Part shown: piece after piece, positions 10,702 through 21,780 of the stretch
Layout of the letters: each line of letters opens with the position of its first letter
How positions within the stretch are numbered: the first letter of the stretch is position 1
Assembly (NCBI RefSeq): GCF_003334405.1
Contig: NZ_QOWM01000014.1
Strand: one strand, 5' to 3'
Origin: Escherichia coli
Lineage (GTDB): Bacteria; Pseudomonadota; Gammaproteobacteria; Enterobacterales; Enterobacteriaceae
DNA: 64,000 bases
The notes under the pieces: generated by a model
The model's database searches: none
Told to the model about the DNA's origin: nothing
Seen by the model: only the letters and a program-made list of their open reading frames with translations
Translations under genes and position numbers: made by a program

Positions 10702-12864
10702 TTACACCGACTCCAGCCGGGCGTATGCCGCCACCAGCCATTTAATACCCTGGCCCTGAAATGCCACCTGCAAACGGCTATGCTCACCGCTGCCTTCCAT
10801 ATTGACAATGGTGCCTTCACCAAACTTAGCGTGGCGTACGCGCTGGCCGAGCTTGTAGCCGCTGTCGTTCTCGACCATCGGCGTACCCATCCGCTGATGG
10901 CTGACCGGGCGGCTTACCGTGGCGCGCAGGCGCACCTCTTCCACACACTCTTCCGGCAGCTCGCCGATAAAGCGCGACGGGCGATGGTAAACCTCTTTAC
11001 CATACAGACGGCGGGTTTCCGCGTAGGTCAGCGTCAGTTTCTGCATCGCGCGGGTTACGCCAACGTAGGCCAGACGGCGTTCTTCTTCCAGACGCCCGCC
11101 TTCATCCAGCGACATCTGGCTTGGGAACATGCCCTCTTCCATACCAACGATAAACACCTGCGGGAACTCCAGGCCTTTCGCCGAGTGTAGCGTCATCAAC
11201 TGCACCGCATCCTGCCAGGTATCCGCCTGCCCTTCACCTGCTTCCAGTGCCGCATGGGAGAGGAACGCCTGCAGCGGCATTAAATCTTCGTCTTCTTCGT
11301 TGTAGCTGAACTGGCGCGTTGCCGTCACCAGTTCCTCTAAGTTTTCGATACGCGTCTGACCTTTTTCGCCCTTCTCCTGCTCATACATGGTACGCAGGCC
11401 GGAGTCTTTAATTACCCGGTCAGTCTGTACATGCAGCGGCATATCGGCAGTTTCCTGCGCTAAGGCGTCGATTAATTCCATAAATCGCTGCAAGGCGCTG
11501 GCAGCTCGCCCGGCGAGGGCTTTTTCCTGCAACAGCTCACGACATGCCTGCCAGAGTGTTAACTGGCGATCGCGCGATGTCTGACGTACCACGTCCAGCG
11601 TCCGGTCACCAATACCCCGCGTTGGCGTATTCACCACACGCTCAAAGGCCGCGTCGTCGTTGCGGTTGGCAATCAGGCGCAGATACGAGAGCGCATCTTT
11701 GATTTCCTGGCGTTCGAAGAAGCGCATCCCGCCGTAAATACGGTACGGCATACTGGCCTGCAATAACGCCTCTTCGAGCACCCGCGACTGGGCGTTGCTG
11801 CGGTAGAGAATGGCGCACTCGGCAAGCGCTCCGCCGTTGTCCTGCCAGGTTTTGATGCGGTTAACCACAAAACGCGCTTCATCGAGTTCGTTAAAAGCGC
11901 AATAGAGGGAAATAGGCTCACCGTCCGCGCCATCGGTCCACAGTTTTTTACCCAGACGCCCGTTATTGTTTTCAATCAGGGCGTTAGCGGCGCTCAGAAT
12001 ATTGCTGGTAGAGCGGTAGTTTTGCTCCAGACGAATAGTTTCGGCACCGGGGAAATCATTAAGGAAACGCTGAATATTCTCCACCTGCGCCCCGCGCCAG
12101 CCGTAGATTGACTGGTCGTCATCACCGACGATCATCACTTTGCCGGTGTCGCCCGCCAGCAGGCGGATCCACGCGTACTGAATGTTGTTGGTATCCTGGA
12201 ATTCGTCCACCAGGATATTGGTAAAACGTTCGCGGTAGTGTTGCAGGATATGCGGCTTGTTAAGCCACAACTCGTGAGCGCGCAGCAGCAGCTCGGCGAA
12301 GTCCACCAGGCCCGCGCGGTCACACGCTTCCTGATACGCCTGATACACCTTCTGCCAGGTCTGCTCCACCGGATTACCGTAGCTTTGAATATGATGCGGA
12401 CGCAGGCCTTCATCTTTCTGGCTGTTGATGTACCACATTGCCTGCCGCGGCGGCCACTGCTTCTCGTCGAGGTTCATGGCTTTGATCAGACGCTTAAGCA
12501 GGCGTAGCTGGTCTTCACTGTCGAGGATCTGGAAATCCTGCGGCAGATTGGCGTCCATATGGTGCGCACGCAGCAAACGGTGCGCCAGCCCGTGGAAGGT
12601 GCCGACCCACATACCGCCCTGGCTCGTGCCCATCAGTTGCCCGATACGATGACGCATCTCCGCCGCCGCTTTGTTGGTAAACGTCACCGCCATAATCGAG
12701 TATGGCGAGCAGTTTTCCACGCTCATCAACCAGGCGATACGATGCACCAGTACGCGCGTCTTACCACTGCCCGCGCCCGCCAGCACCAGAAGGTTGCTGC
12801 GTGGCGCGGCCACCGCTTCGCGCTGTTTGTCATTAAGGCTGTCGAGCAGGTAAGAAACGTCCAT
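10702..12864 (-). CDS. uvrD: DNA helicase II UvrD
   Basis: Track ORF 10702..13053; the recognised 720-aa UvrD starts MDVSYLLDSLNDKQREAV... at the internal ATG; Walker A GAGSGKT. Confidence 0.92.
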   Translation of the reverse strand: MDVSYLLDSLNDKQREAVAAPRSNLLVLAGAGSGKTRVLVHRIAWLMSVENCSPYSIMAVTFTNKAAAEMRHRIGQLMGTSQGGMWVGTFHGLAHRLLRAHHMDANLPQDFQILDSEDQLRLLKRLIKAMNLDEKQWPPRQAMWYINSQKDEGLRPHHIQSYGNPVEQTWQKVYQAYQEACDRAGLVDFAELLLRAHELWLNKPHILQHYRERFTNILVDEFQDTNNIQYAWIRLLAGDTGKVMIVGDDDQSIYGWRGAQVENIQRFLNDFPGAETIRLEQNYRSTSNILSAANALIENNNGRLGKKLWTDGADGEPISLYCAFNELDEARFVVNRIKTWQDNGGALAECAILYRSNAQSRVLEEALLQASMPYRIYGGMRFFERQEIKDALSYLRLIANRNDDAAFERVVNTPTRGIGDRTLDVVRQTSRDRQLTLWQACRELLQEKALAGRAASALQRFMELIDALAQETADMPLHVQTDRVIKDSGLRTMYEQEKGEKGQTRIENLEELVTATRQFSYNEEDEDLMPLQAFLSHAALEAGEGQADTWQDAVQLMTLHSAKGLEFPQVFIVGMEEGMFPSQMSLDEGGRLEEERRLAYVGVTRAMQKLTLTYAETRRLYGKEVYHRPSRFIGELPEECVEEVRLRATVSRPVSHQRMGTPMVENDSGYKLGQRVRHAKFGEGTIVNMEGSGEHSRLQVAFQGQGIKWLVAAYARLESV

Positions 12865-12922
12865 TGGCACCGCCGCGTAAAAATAGGTTGGGCGGAGAAG
12901 CGCAACGCCCTCCGCCAAAAAG

Positions 12923-12938
12923 CTGGGTATATATACAG
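12923..12938. promoter_or_regulatory. LexA (SOS) box upstream of uvrD
   Basis: ctgggtatatatacag fits the CTG-N10-CAG palindrome about 60 bp upstream of the uvrD start; uvrD is a known SOS gene. Confidence 0.7.
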
Positions 12939-12947
12939 ATTTGCTGA

Positions 12948-13664
12948 TTATATCAGCGAGGTCAGAGATGCCAACCGGGAAATTTCCAGATGCGGCAGTA
13001 AACGGCTGTCCCAGGTTTGCATCAGATCGCCATTTTCCGGTCTGATCCAACAAGCCTGCATTCCGCTGCGAATTGCCCCACCCACGTCAGTGGTGAGATC
13101 GTCCCCAACATGTAAGATCTCGCCGATCGGCACGTTGAGTTTTTCCGCAGCCAAAAAGTACATATCGCTGAACGGTTTTGAGCGCCCGTGCGGGCCAGCG
13201 CGCAGCACAAACTCAAAATAATCCCCCAAACCAAACAGCTCCGGCTGGGCGTTACCGTTGGTGATCGCCACCAGCGGCCATTTCTTCGCCAGCTGTTTTA
13301 AGGTGTCGTGAGTTTGCTGCGGGACGTCGATTCGGCTGCGCCATTTGGCAAAGTTGATCATTGCTGCGTGTGCGCCTGCACTGGCTTCTTCGGCACTCAG
13401 CCCGGCGTCGAGCATCGCTTGTTCAATCGAACGAAAACGCCAGCGCGTCACGTCGTGATAAATCTCGGGTTCCGCTTCCCGTACCGCCTGGCGCAGGCGT
13501 TGCAGATCTTCATTCTGGAAGCTGCGCAGCGCCGGATGATAATTTTGCACAAAGGTAAGCGCCTCTCGCTCGGTGCGCAAAATCACCGGACGGTTATCGT
13601 AAAGGGTATCATCCAGGTCAAAGGTGAGCGCCGAGATGCGCCCCAAAGGCCGGTAAAAACGCAT
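12948..13664 (-). CDS. yigB: HAD-superfamily phosphatase YigB
   Basis: 238-aa ORF with DxDxT motif (FDLDDTLYD); recognised YigB. Confidence 0.88.
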
Positions 13665-14560
13665 TATTTCCCCCGTTTGGCGCGTGGATGCGCCGCATCG
13701 TACACCGAGGCAAGGTGTTGAAAATCAAGATGAGTATAGATTTGCGTGGTGGAGAGGTTGGCATGACCCAGCAGCTCCTGCACACCACGAAGATCGCCGC
13801 TCGACTCCAGCATATGCGTGGCGAACGAGTGACGTAATTTATGCGGATGAACGTGATTATTCAGCCCTTGTTTTATGCCCCATTCGGCAAAGCGTTTCTG
13901 CACATTACGCGCGGAGATACGCTTGCCCAGTTTCGACAGAAAAAGCGCGTCGTCTTCGCTACCAAACAGGTCGCGCAAATCAAGCCAGTGCTCAATCCAC
14001 GCCACAGCGTTGCGACCAATCGGCAGGCGGCGCTCTTTGCTGCCTTTCCCCATAACCCACACTTCACCAGACTCCAGGTCGAGGTGTTTAATATCCAGCC
14101 CCACCAGCTCAGAAAGACGCAGACCCGCGCCGTACATCACTTCCAGCATTGCACGGTCGCGTACAGCGAGGGGATCATTGATATCAATATCCAGCAGCCG
14201 ATTCATATCGTCGACGTCGATGTTTTTCGGCAGATGACGCGGCGCTTTCGGTGCCGAAACACCTTTCGCCGGGTTAGCTTTGAGTTCGTTCTGGCTGACC
14301 AGCCAGTCAAAAAAGCTACGTAGCGCAGAAAGCCGTAACGCCAGACTTGCTGCTCCCAGCCCTTTACGGCGACTGCGTACAGCAAAATTGCGCACCATCG
14401 TCACATCACATTGCTGCCAGCTTTGCAGGCCGTTTTCGCTGGCAAAATTGATGATCGCCTCAAGCTGACGCTGGTAGTTAAGCAGGGTTATCGGGCTAAG
14501 CTGGCGCTCCACGCTCAGATAACGTAGGTAGCGTTCTACATCGGTGTGTAAATCGGTCAT
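13664..14560 (-). CDS. xerC: tyrosine site-specific recombinase XerC
   Basis: 298-aa ORF with the R..HxxR..Y catalytic C-terminus ([12 protein letters not shown]...TQIYTHL); recognised XerC. Confidence 0.92.
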
Positions 14561-15264
14561 ACGCGTTCAATCCAACGCTCCAGAAGCTCCGGCAACATCA
14601 GCGCAATTTCATGAAGTAACTGCGTTCCTTGCCCTTGTTGATAGTGACTGGCATCGCGACTGGTAAACAGCACGACACCCAAATCAGCATCGCTTCCCAG
14701 CATCGACATCGCCACCGATCCCACCGCTTTCGCTTCCGGTAGCACCACCAGCAGCTCTGGTCCGTTAAGCGGCCCAAGATAGTGCTGTTCCTGCCCCAAA
14801 CGCTGAATACGCAGCGGTTCGAAAGACTGACGGCTTAATGCCAGATGAGTGTGGTTCGACGGCGCACCTAAGCGCCAGCGATCCGGAAACAGGCGCAGAC
14901 TCGCACCTGCCAGGCCGAGATCGCGCGCCCAGCGGTGAAAGCGCATCAGCATATCGTCGAGACTGCTGGCGGCGGTGAGACTGCGCTGCAGGTAGAGTAG
15001 GCGATAAAACAGGCCTTCGTTGGCGATAGCCTGTTCCATCAACAGCGCCATGTTCTCTTCCAGAACATGAATATGATTACGTGCGCGGGCCATGTGCCAC
15101 TCGACCAACGAAACGGTGCCGCGTACCGGATGCGGCACACGTATCGCTTCTACTGCGCGCGCATTACGGATAAAAAACTCAGGATTTTTAATCAGATAAT
15201 CGACAACCGCCCGGTCATCAAGCTCCGTGAGTGTTTCCTGCAGTTCTTCCCCTGGTTGCTTCAT
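14557..15264 (-). CDS. yigA: DUF484-family protein YigA
   Basis: 235-aa ORF; recognised YigA; 4-bp overlap with xerC. Confidence 0.85.
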
Positions 15265-16085
15265 AGATGAATAAATCCGTCGTAGACATGTACCGCCGGG
15301 CCAGTCATATATAACGGGTGACCCGGACCTTTCCAGGCGATATCAAGACGACCGCCGGGGAGTTCCACGCGTACTTCTTCGGCCAGCAAACCTTGCTGAA
15401 TCCCTACTGCAACCGCCGCACACGCGCCGCTGCCGCAGGCCTGGGTTTCTCCTGCCCCACGCTCATAAACGCGTAAACGAATATGCTCGCGCTTAACCAC
15501 TTGCATAAAACCGATATTGGCGCGCTCCGGAAAACGCTCGTGGCTTTCCAGAACAGGACCAAGCGTTTCTACCGCCGCGGTATCGACATCATCGACCTGA
15601 ATCACGCAATGCGGATTTCCCATCGACACCACGCCGCATAAGATTGTCTGCTCGGCGGCGCGCATAATATAGGTCTTTTCCGCTTTGTTAGCGCGAAACG
15701 GCACGGCGGAAGGTTCGAAGTTGGGTTCGCCCATATTTACGCGGACCAGATCATCATCGGTGACGGTCAGAACCATCCGCCCGTTGGCGGTGCTGACGCG
15801 GATATCACGCTTATTGGTCAGTCCTTTCAGACGCACAAAACGGGCAAAGCAGCGCGCACCGTTGCCGCACTGCGCCACTTCACTGCCATCAGCATTGAAA
15901 ATGCGATAGTGAAAATCCAGTTCAGGATCATACGGCGGCTCAACCACCAGCAGTTGGTCAAACCCTACCCCCAGGTGCCGATCAGCCAGGCGACGAATCA
16001 GCTCCGGTGAAAAAAAGACATTCTGCGTTACCGCGTCGACGACCATAAAATCGTTGCCAAGGCCATGCATTTTCGAGAACTGCAT
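15261..16085 (-). CDS. dapF: diaminopimelate epimerase
   Basis: ORF 15261..16088; recognised 274-aa DapF starts [13 protein letters not shown] at the second ATG. Confidence 0.92.
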
Positions 16086-16121
16086 CATTTACTCCAATCA
16101 CGCGGGTACAGAAACTGACTT

Positions 16122-16325
16122 TTAGTAATTCACCTGGGATGGACCATCGCCAGTGGCGCGATCGTTTTTATCCGGCACCGTGGATTGCGTTTGCGTCTCT
16201 ACCGGTTTGGTCGGCGGCGGTGCGTTTTTATCTGCAGGCGGGAAATAGAGCGGACCTTTCAGACCGCAGCCCGTCAGGCTGAAGAGAGTAAGTAATACAG
16301 TGAGTGCCTTAAACACGTTTTTCAT
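16122..16325 (-). CDS. yifL: small lipoprotein YifL (LptM)
   Basis: 67-aa ORF with lipobox LTGC (MKNVFKALTVLLTLFSLTGCG...). Confidence 0.8.
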   Translation of the reverse strand: MKNVFKALTVLLTLFSLTGCGLKGPLYFPPADKNAPPPTKPVETQTQSTVPDKNDRATGDGPSQVNY

Positions 16326-16787
16326 TATGGATTGCCTGTAAAGTTCATCGCTTTCTGCTTTCTATCATCGCAGGAGAAGACGTAAAAGCAAGCGTTTAGC
16401 GACTCTTTATGAAGTCTGAAAAGTGAGGAAATGCTGCGAGTATAACGCTTACTCGTGGGGATTTATGTTTTGCTGGTAGTTTCGTGATCGGCACCTCGCG
16501 CCAGGATGGCTTTATGCACTATCGCAATGTGGTTTGTTTGTTGTCTTTTTTAGTTCCGTCAGCGTGAGGATGCTCGCTCGGTAAACCTGATCATAATGTT
16601 TACCAGAAACAGGGAAAGACGTGGTGTAACTGCGCCCTAATGAAGAGACAAATCTTTCGCTACACAGAGACATCATTATTCCGGTGACGGATGAATCGTG
16701 CCGGAACGCAGCCGCAGAGGTGCAAACTTTGAAGCCCTGACCCCATGCCGCTATACTGCCGCCATCACTTAAAAACAGGATACAACA

Positions 16788-17108
16788 ATGAACGACAGTG
16801 AATTTCATCGCCTGGCTGATCAACTCTGGCTGACCATTGAAGAACGCCTGGACGACTGGGATGGCGACAGCGATATCGACTGCGAAATCAACGGCGGCGT
16901 ACTGACCATTACCTTTGAGAATGGCAGCAAAATCATTATCAACCGCCAGGAGCCGCTGCACCAGGTATGGCTGGCAACCAAACAGGGCGGCTACCATTTT
17001 GACCTGAAAGGCGATGAGTGGATTTGTGATCGCAGCGGCGAAACCTTCTGGGATTTGCTGGAACAGGCGGCGACGCAGCAGGCGGGTGAAACAGTCAGTT
17101 TCCGCTAA
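16788..17108 (+). CDS. cyaY: frataxin homologue CyaY
   Basis: 106-aa acidic [32 protein letters not shown]...; recognised CyaY. Confidence 0.9.
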
Positions 17109-17147
17109 GATTGCATGCCGGATAAGCCTCGCTTTCCGGCACGTTCA

Positions 17148-19694
17148 TCACGAAAAATATTGCTGTAATAGCGGCGTATCGTGATCCTGATTGGCAGGCG
17201 GCATGTTACCGATAGATTTTGTGCGGAACGGAATCACCTGTTCACGACCATCAACCTTCACAATCTGATAGAACTGCGGCAGGTTGAAGTTGATGAAGCT
17301 TGAGCCGTAGGTAAAACGGTCATGCGATGACGAGTAGAAGCGACTGACGTCACGTACCAGCTCCTCTTTGCTGCCTTCGCAGTGGTGATATACCTCAACC
17401 CGGTTGCTTTCGTCGAGAATGTAGATATTAAAGCCATTCTCGTCTTGCGTTTCTTCGAAAAAGAACTGGATGATCCCTTCGCTGGCAAAGCCGTCCACCA
17501 CCGCCGGTAATTTGACGTGATTGGTTTCAACCTGCACTGACAGGCCGTGCAGTTTGTTATGCGAAATCGCGCCATAAAACTCGATGGCGTTTTCCAGTTT
17601 CTGTACCGATACATTCAGGCGTTCGAAGAACAACCCCCAGGTTTGACCAGAAACGCGCAGCGCCTTGAAACGCCCGGTTTCCTGGCGGGTGCTGGAAAGA
17701 CGCAATTCAATACACTCAGAAACCAGTTGCTGCACGCGAGTACGAATTAAGCCGCGCAGATGCTGGCTATAACAGAAGACTTCCACGCTATCTGGCGGTG
17801 CGGCGTCCTGATGCATTTTGCCGAGAATAGTTTTCAGGGCTTCGATCATCGATTGCTCGCCGTTGAAGTGCAGCGTACGCACTTCGTTCCACGAGTTGCG
17901 GTACAGCAGGTCAACGCTACCTACCAGGCAATTTTGATTCTCGCCAAAGCTGAAGACATCCAGCTTACGGAAATCGAAATGCACCACCTGATTGCGGAAC
18001 GCCGCTGTCGGGTCATATTCCAGGTTAACGATAATCGCCAGATGGCGGATCTCACACGGGCTGTAGAGCGCCTTCGGTGTCGGTGCAGGTAAGCGCAGCG
18101 GGAAATGGTGCGACACGTCGGCGACCATCTCCTGCAACTTAGGCAAATCGACAATGCCGTTACCTTTAATATACAAACGGGTGCGCGAGGTCAGCAGGCC
18201 GTTAAACCATGCCCACGCCACCAGTTTATTCAGGTAACGGTTATATTCCAGCGGCTGATGGCTGATGATCGACTCAATATTTGGCGCGCGGTTATACAGA
18301 TACCAACCTGAACGGTTAGCCCGGCCCGGCGGCACATAAATAAAGGTCAGATTCGGTTCCGAGAGATCGGGTGAAATCTGCGGGTTTACCAGCGTCACTT
18401 TACCTGGTAATGCTTCAAACGCGGCATACAGCTTACGCGTCAGCACGCCGATATCCTGCGGACTGGCGGAGACGCTAAGGTTATTGCGACGCGCAAAGCG
18501 GATCAGATTACGGTAGCTCTGCATCATCGCGTCGAGCAACTCGTTGTGCGCCTCACGCACCTGATCAATCTTCCAGTTAGCGCGGTTATCGAGCATTGCC
18601 AGACGAGCTTCGTCCCAACCCCACTCGCTCACTAACTGGCTCAACACTGCGCGACGCCAGCCTACGCAGGCGCGTTCACGGCTGAGCTTTTCGCACACTT
18701 TTAAATAGAAGCAGCGACGTACTAAATCCAGACGGGTAAAATCTTCAATCGCCGTCAGGTATTCAGTAACACGCTCCAGCATCATGCAGTATGGATCGAG
18801 ACCAAACGATACAATCTCGCCGTCGTGCAAACGCTGTTTGATATCTTTCGCCAGCAGACGTGGGTTCGGGTATTCCCAGGAATAGGCTTCCAGCAGCAGT
18901 GTTTTCAGTACCGCTTTGTATGGGGAATCGATACTCTTGTAGAGCTGCCAAAGGCTGGCACCAAAGTACTCTTCAGCAGAAAGCGAGCTTAAGCCACCGA
19001 GATCCAGCCATTCATTTGGCGTCAGCACGCCCTGCGCGTAAAGCGTCATCACATAGTCGTCGTAATGCTCTTCTTCGTCGCACGGCACCATATTCCACAG
19101 AATACGCTTACCGGCGAGACGCACGGCGGTACGATAAAATTCGTCAAGCAGCAGTATATGCTGGGTGGAGCCACAATCTTCGCCCCCCAGGCTGCCGCTT
19201 TCATTATGACGGAAGCGGTTTTCATCAATCAGGAAGAAGCTGACTTCCACACCCAGCGAGGCGGCCCAGTTTTCCAGCAGGCTACATTTACGTTGTAGCA
19301 ATTGGCGCTCTTCGCTATCGAGCCAGGATTGATGACAGACCCAGATATCCAGGTCAGAGGAACAACTTTGCCCTACGGACGAGGTGCTGCCCATGGTGTA
19401 TACACCAGTAATTGGAAGCTCACCTTTCGGCGGATCCTGTACTGACATTCCACGATACAGTTCAAGCTCGTTCAGGTAGTGGCGTTGAGTTTCATCAGGC
19501 GTGTAAAGGCAAATGCCTTTGGGAACGTTACCATCAAGGTAACCCGGCATTAGCGGATGGTGATAGTGCAACAATGTCGGCAGTAGACTGTAGACCTGTT
19601 GGAATGCAGGCCCCATAGCAGCAAGCGCGCGATCCACACGCAATTGATTTATGGCATCCAGTCTCTGTTTCAGAGTCTCAATATAGAGGTACAA
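17148..19694 (-). CDS. cyaA: class I adenylate cyclase
   Basis: 848-aa [30 protein letters not shown]...; the first codon is TTG (plus-strand caa at 19692..19694), as known for cyaA. Confidence 0.92.
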   Translation of the reverse strand: MYLYIETLKQRLDAINQLRVDRALAAMGPAFQQVYSLLPTLLHYHHPLMPGYLDGNVPKGICLYTPDETQRHYLNELELYRGMSVQDPPKGELPITGVYTMGSTSSVGQSCSSDLDIWVCHQSWLDSEERQLLQRKCSLLENWAASLGVEVSFFLIDENRFRHNESGSLGGEDCGSTQHILLLDEFYRTAVRLAGKRILWNMVPCDEEEHYDDYVMTLYAQGVLTPNEWLDLGGLSSLSAEEYFGASLWQLYKSIDSPYKAVLKTLLLEAYSWEYPNPRLLAKDIKQRLHDGEIVSFGLDPYCMMLERVTEYLTAIEDFTRLDLVRRCFYLKVCEKLSRERACVGWRRAVLSQLVSEWGWDEARLAMLDNRANWKIDQVREAHNELLDAMMQSYRNLIRFARRNNLSVSASPQDIGVLTRKLYAAFEALPGKVTLVNPQISPDLSEPNLTFIYVPPGRANRSGWYLYNRAPNIESIISHQPLEYNRYLNKLVAWAWFNGLLTSRTRLYIKGNGIVDLPKLQEMVADVSHHFPLRLPAPTPKALYSPCEIRHLAIIVNLEYDPTAAFRNQVVHFDFRKLDVFSFGENQNCLVGSVDLLYRNSWNEVRTLHFNGEQSMIEALKTILGKMHQDAAPPDSVEVFCYSQHLRGLIRTRVQQLVSECIELRLSSTRQETGRFKALRVSGQTWGLFFERLNVSVQKLENAIEFYGAISHNKLHGLSVQVETNHVKLPAVVDGFASEGIIQFFFEETQDENGFNIYILDESNRVEVYHHCEGSKEELVRDVSRFYSSSHDRFTYGSSFINFNLPQFYQIVKVDGREQVIPFRTKSIGNMPPANQDHDTPLLQQYFS

Positions 19695-19847
19695 GACGTA
19701 TCGCCTGATTTGCTACCCGTCATGACTGTGATTCCGCCAACATCAACGGTAACACGCGGCATTCGGGATATTTCGTATGTCAAAGGTAACCGTTACCACT
19801 TTTCGCGCCTGGTTTTTTTAGTTTCACGACGAAAAAATGGTCTAAAA

Positions 19848-19865
19848 CGTGATCAATTTAACACC
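19848..19865. promoter_or_regulatory. candidate CRP site in the cyaA promoter region
   Basis: cgtgatcaatttaacacc resembles TGTGA-N6-TCACA; cyaA is known to be repressed by cAMP-CRP. Position counted by eye. Confidence 0.4.
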
Positions 19866-20080
19866 TTGCTGATTGACCGTAAAGAAAGATGCGCTACATA
19901 CAAGTGTAGCACCGTTTATTCTCTGTAAATTCCTTATTACAACGGCGTGAAACGCCTGTCAGGATCCACTGCCAGACCTCATTTTACGGTTTGCGCAGGC
20001 GTCTACGTTTCACCACAACACTGACATCACTCTGGCAAGGATGTTAGGATGGACCACGGATGATAATGACGGTAACAAGC

Positions 20081-21022
20081 ATGTTAGACAATGTTTTAAG
20101 AATTGCCACACGCCAAAGCCCACTTGCACTCTGGCAGGCACACTATGTCAAAGACAAGTTGATGGCGAGCCATCCGGGCCTGGTCGTTGAACTGGTACCG
20201 ATGGTGACGCGCGGCGATGTGATTCTTGATACGCCGCTGGCGAAAGTAGGCGGAAAAGGCTTATTTGTAAAAGAGCTGGAAGTCGCGCTCCTCGAAAATC
20301 GCGCCGATATCGCCGTACACTCAATGAAAGATGTGCCGGTTGAATTCCCGCAAGGTCTGGGACTGGTCACTATTTGTGAGCGTGAAGATCCTCGCGATGC
20401 CTTTGTGTCCAATAACTATGACAGTCTGGATGCGTTACCGGCAGGCAGTATCGTCGGGACGTCCAGTTTACGTCGCCAGTGCCAACTGGCTGAACGCCGT
20501 CCGGATCTGATTATCCGCTCCCTGCGCGGCAACGTCGGCACTCGCCTGAGCAAACTGGATAACGGCGAATACGATGCCATCATTCTTGCCGTAGCCGGAC
20601 TAAAACGTTTAGGTCTGGAGTCACGTATTCGCGCCGCGTTGCCACCCGAGATTTCTCTTCCGGCGGTAGGACAAGGTGCGGTGGGTATTGAATGCCGCCT
20701 TGATGATTCACGCACTCGCGAGCTGCTTGCCGCGCTGAATCACCACGAAACTGCACTGCGCGTTACCGCAGAACGCGCCATGAATACCCGTCTCGAAGGC
20801 GGATGTCAGGTGCCAATTGGTAGCTACGCCGAGCTTATTGATGGCGAAATCTGGCTGCGTGCGCTGGTCGGCGCGCCGGACGGTTCGCAGATTATTCGCG
20901 GTGAACGCCGCGGTGCGCCGCAAGATGCCGAACAAATGGGGATTTCGCTGGCAGAAGAGCTACTGAATAACGGCGCGCGCGAGATCCTCGCTGAAGTCTA
21001 TAACGGAGACGCCCCGGCATGA
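20081..21022 (+). CDS. hemC: porphobilinogen deaminase (hydroxymethylbilane synthase)
   Basis: ORF 20060..21022; recognised 313-aa HemC starts [19 protein letters not shown] at the internal ATG. Confidence 0.92.
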
Positions 21023-21759
21023 GTATCCTTGTCACCCGCCCGTCTCCCGCTGGAGAAGAGTTAGTGAGCCGTCTGCGCACACTGGGGCAGGTGGCCTGGC
21101 ATTTTCCGCTGATTGAGTTTTCTCCGGGTCAACAATTACCGCAACTTGCTGATCAACTGGCAGCGCTGGGGGAGAGCGATCTGTTGTTTGCCCTCTCGCA
21201 ACACGCGGTTGCTTTTGCCCAATCACAGCTGCATCAGCAAGATCGTAAATGGCCCCGACTACCTGATTATTTCGCCATTGGACGCACCACCGCACTGGCA
21301 CTACATACCGTAAGCGGACAGAAGATTCTCTACCCGCAGGATCGGGAAATCAGCGAAGTCTTGCTACAATTACCTGAATTACAAAATATTGCGGGCAAAC
21401 GTGCGCTGATATTACGTGGCAATGGTGGTCGTGAGCTAATTGGGGATACCCTGACGGCGCGCGGTGCTGAGGTCACTTTTTGTGAATGTTATCAACGATG
21501 CGCAATCCATTACGATGGTGCAGAAGAAGCGATGCGCTGGCAAGCCCGCGAGGTGACGATGGTCGTTGTTACCAGCGGTGAAATGTTGCAGCAACTCTGG
21601 TCGCTGATCCCACAATGGTATCGTGAGCACTGGTTACTACACTGTCGACTATTGGTCGTCAGTGAGCGTTTGGCGAAACTCGCCCGGGAACTGGGCTGGC
21701 AAGACATTAAGGTCGCCGATAACGCTGACAACGATGCGCTTTTACGGGCATTACAATAA
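21019..21759 (+). CDS. hemD: uroporphyrinogen-III synthase
   Basis: 246-aa ORF; 4-bp overlap with hemC; recognised HemD. Confidence 0.9.
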   Translation: MSILVTRPSPAGEELVSRLRTLGQVAWHFPLIEFSPGQQLPQLADQLAALGESDLLFALSQHAVAFAQSQLHQQDRKWPRLPDYFAIGRTTALALHTVSGQKILYPQDREISEVLLQLPELQNIAGKRALILRGNGGRELIGDTLTARGAEVTFCECYQRCAIHYDGAEEAMRWQAREVTMVVVTSGEMLQQLWSLIPQWYREHWLLHCRLLVVSERLAKLARELGWQDIKVADNADNDALLRALQ

Positions 21760-21780
21760 CTCTCATAACAGGAAGCCATA

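Noticed and set aside
10645-13221. Plus-strand ORFs of 181 aa and 220 aa (10645..11190 and 12559..13221)
   Set aside because: Both are antisense to uvrD/yigB, which are confidently identified on the minus strand.
16512-16997. 161-aa minus-strand ORF spanning the yifL-cyaY intergenic region
   Set aside because: Runs into the well-supported cyaY gene on the opposite strand; no RBS context or recognisable domain. The underlying intergenic region is reported separately as a finding.
17109-17147. Short palindrome between convergent cyaY and cyaA (gccgg...ccggc)
   Set aside because: Only a 5-bp stem with a long loop and no flanking T-run; too weak to call a terminator or REP.
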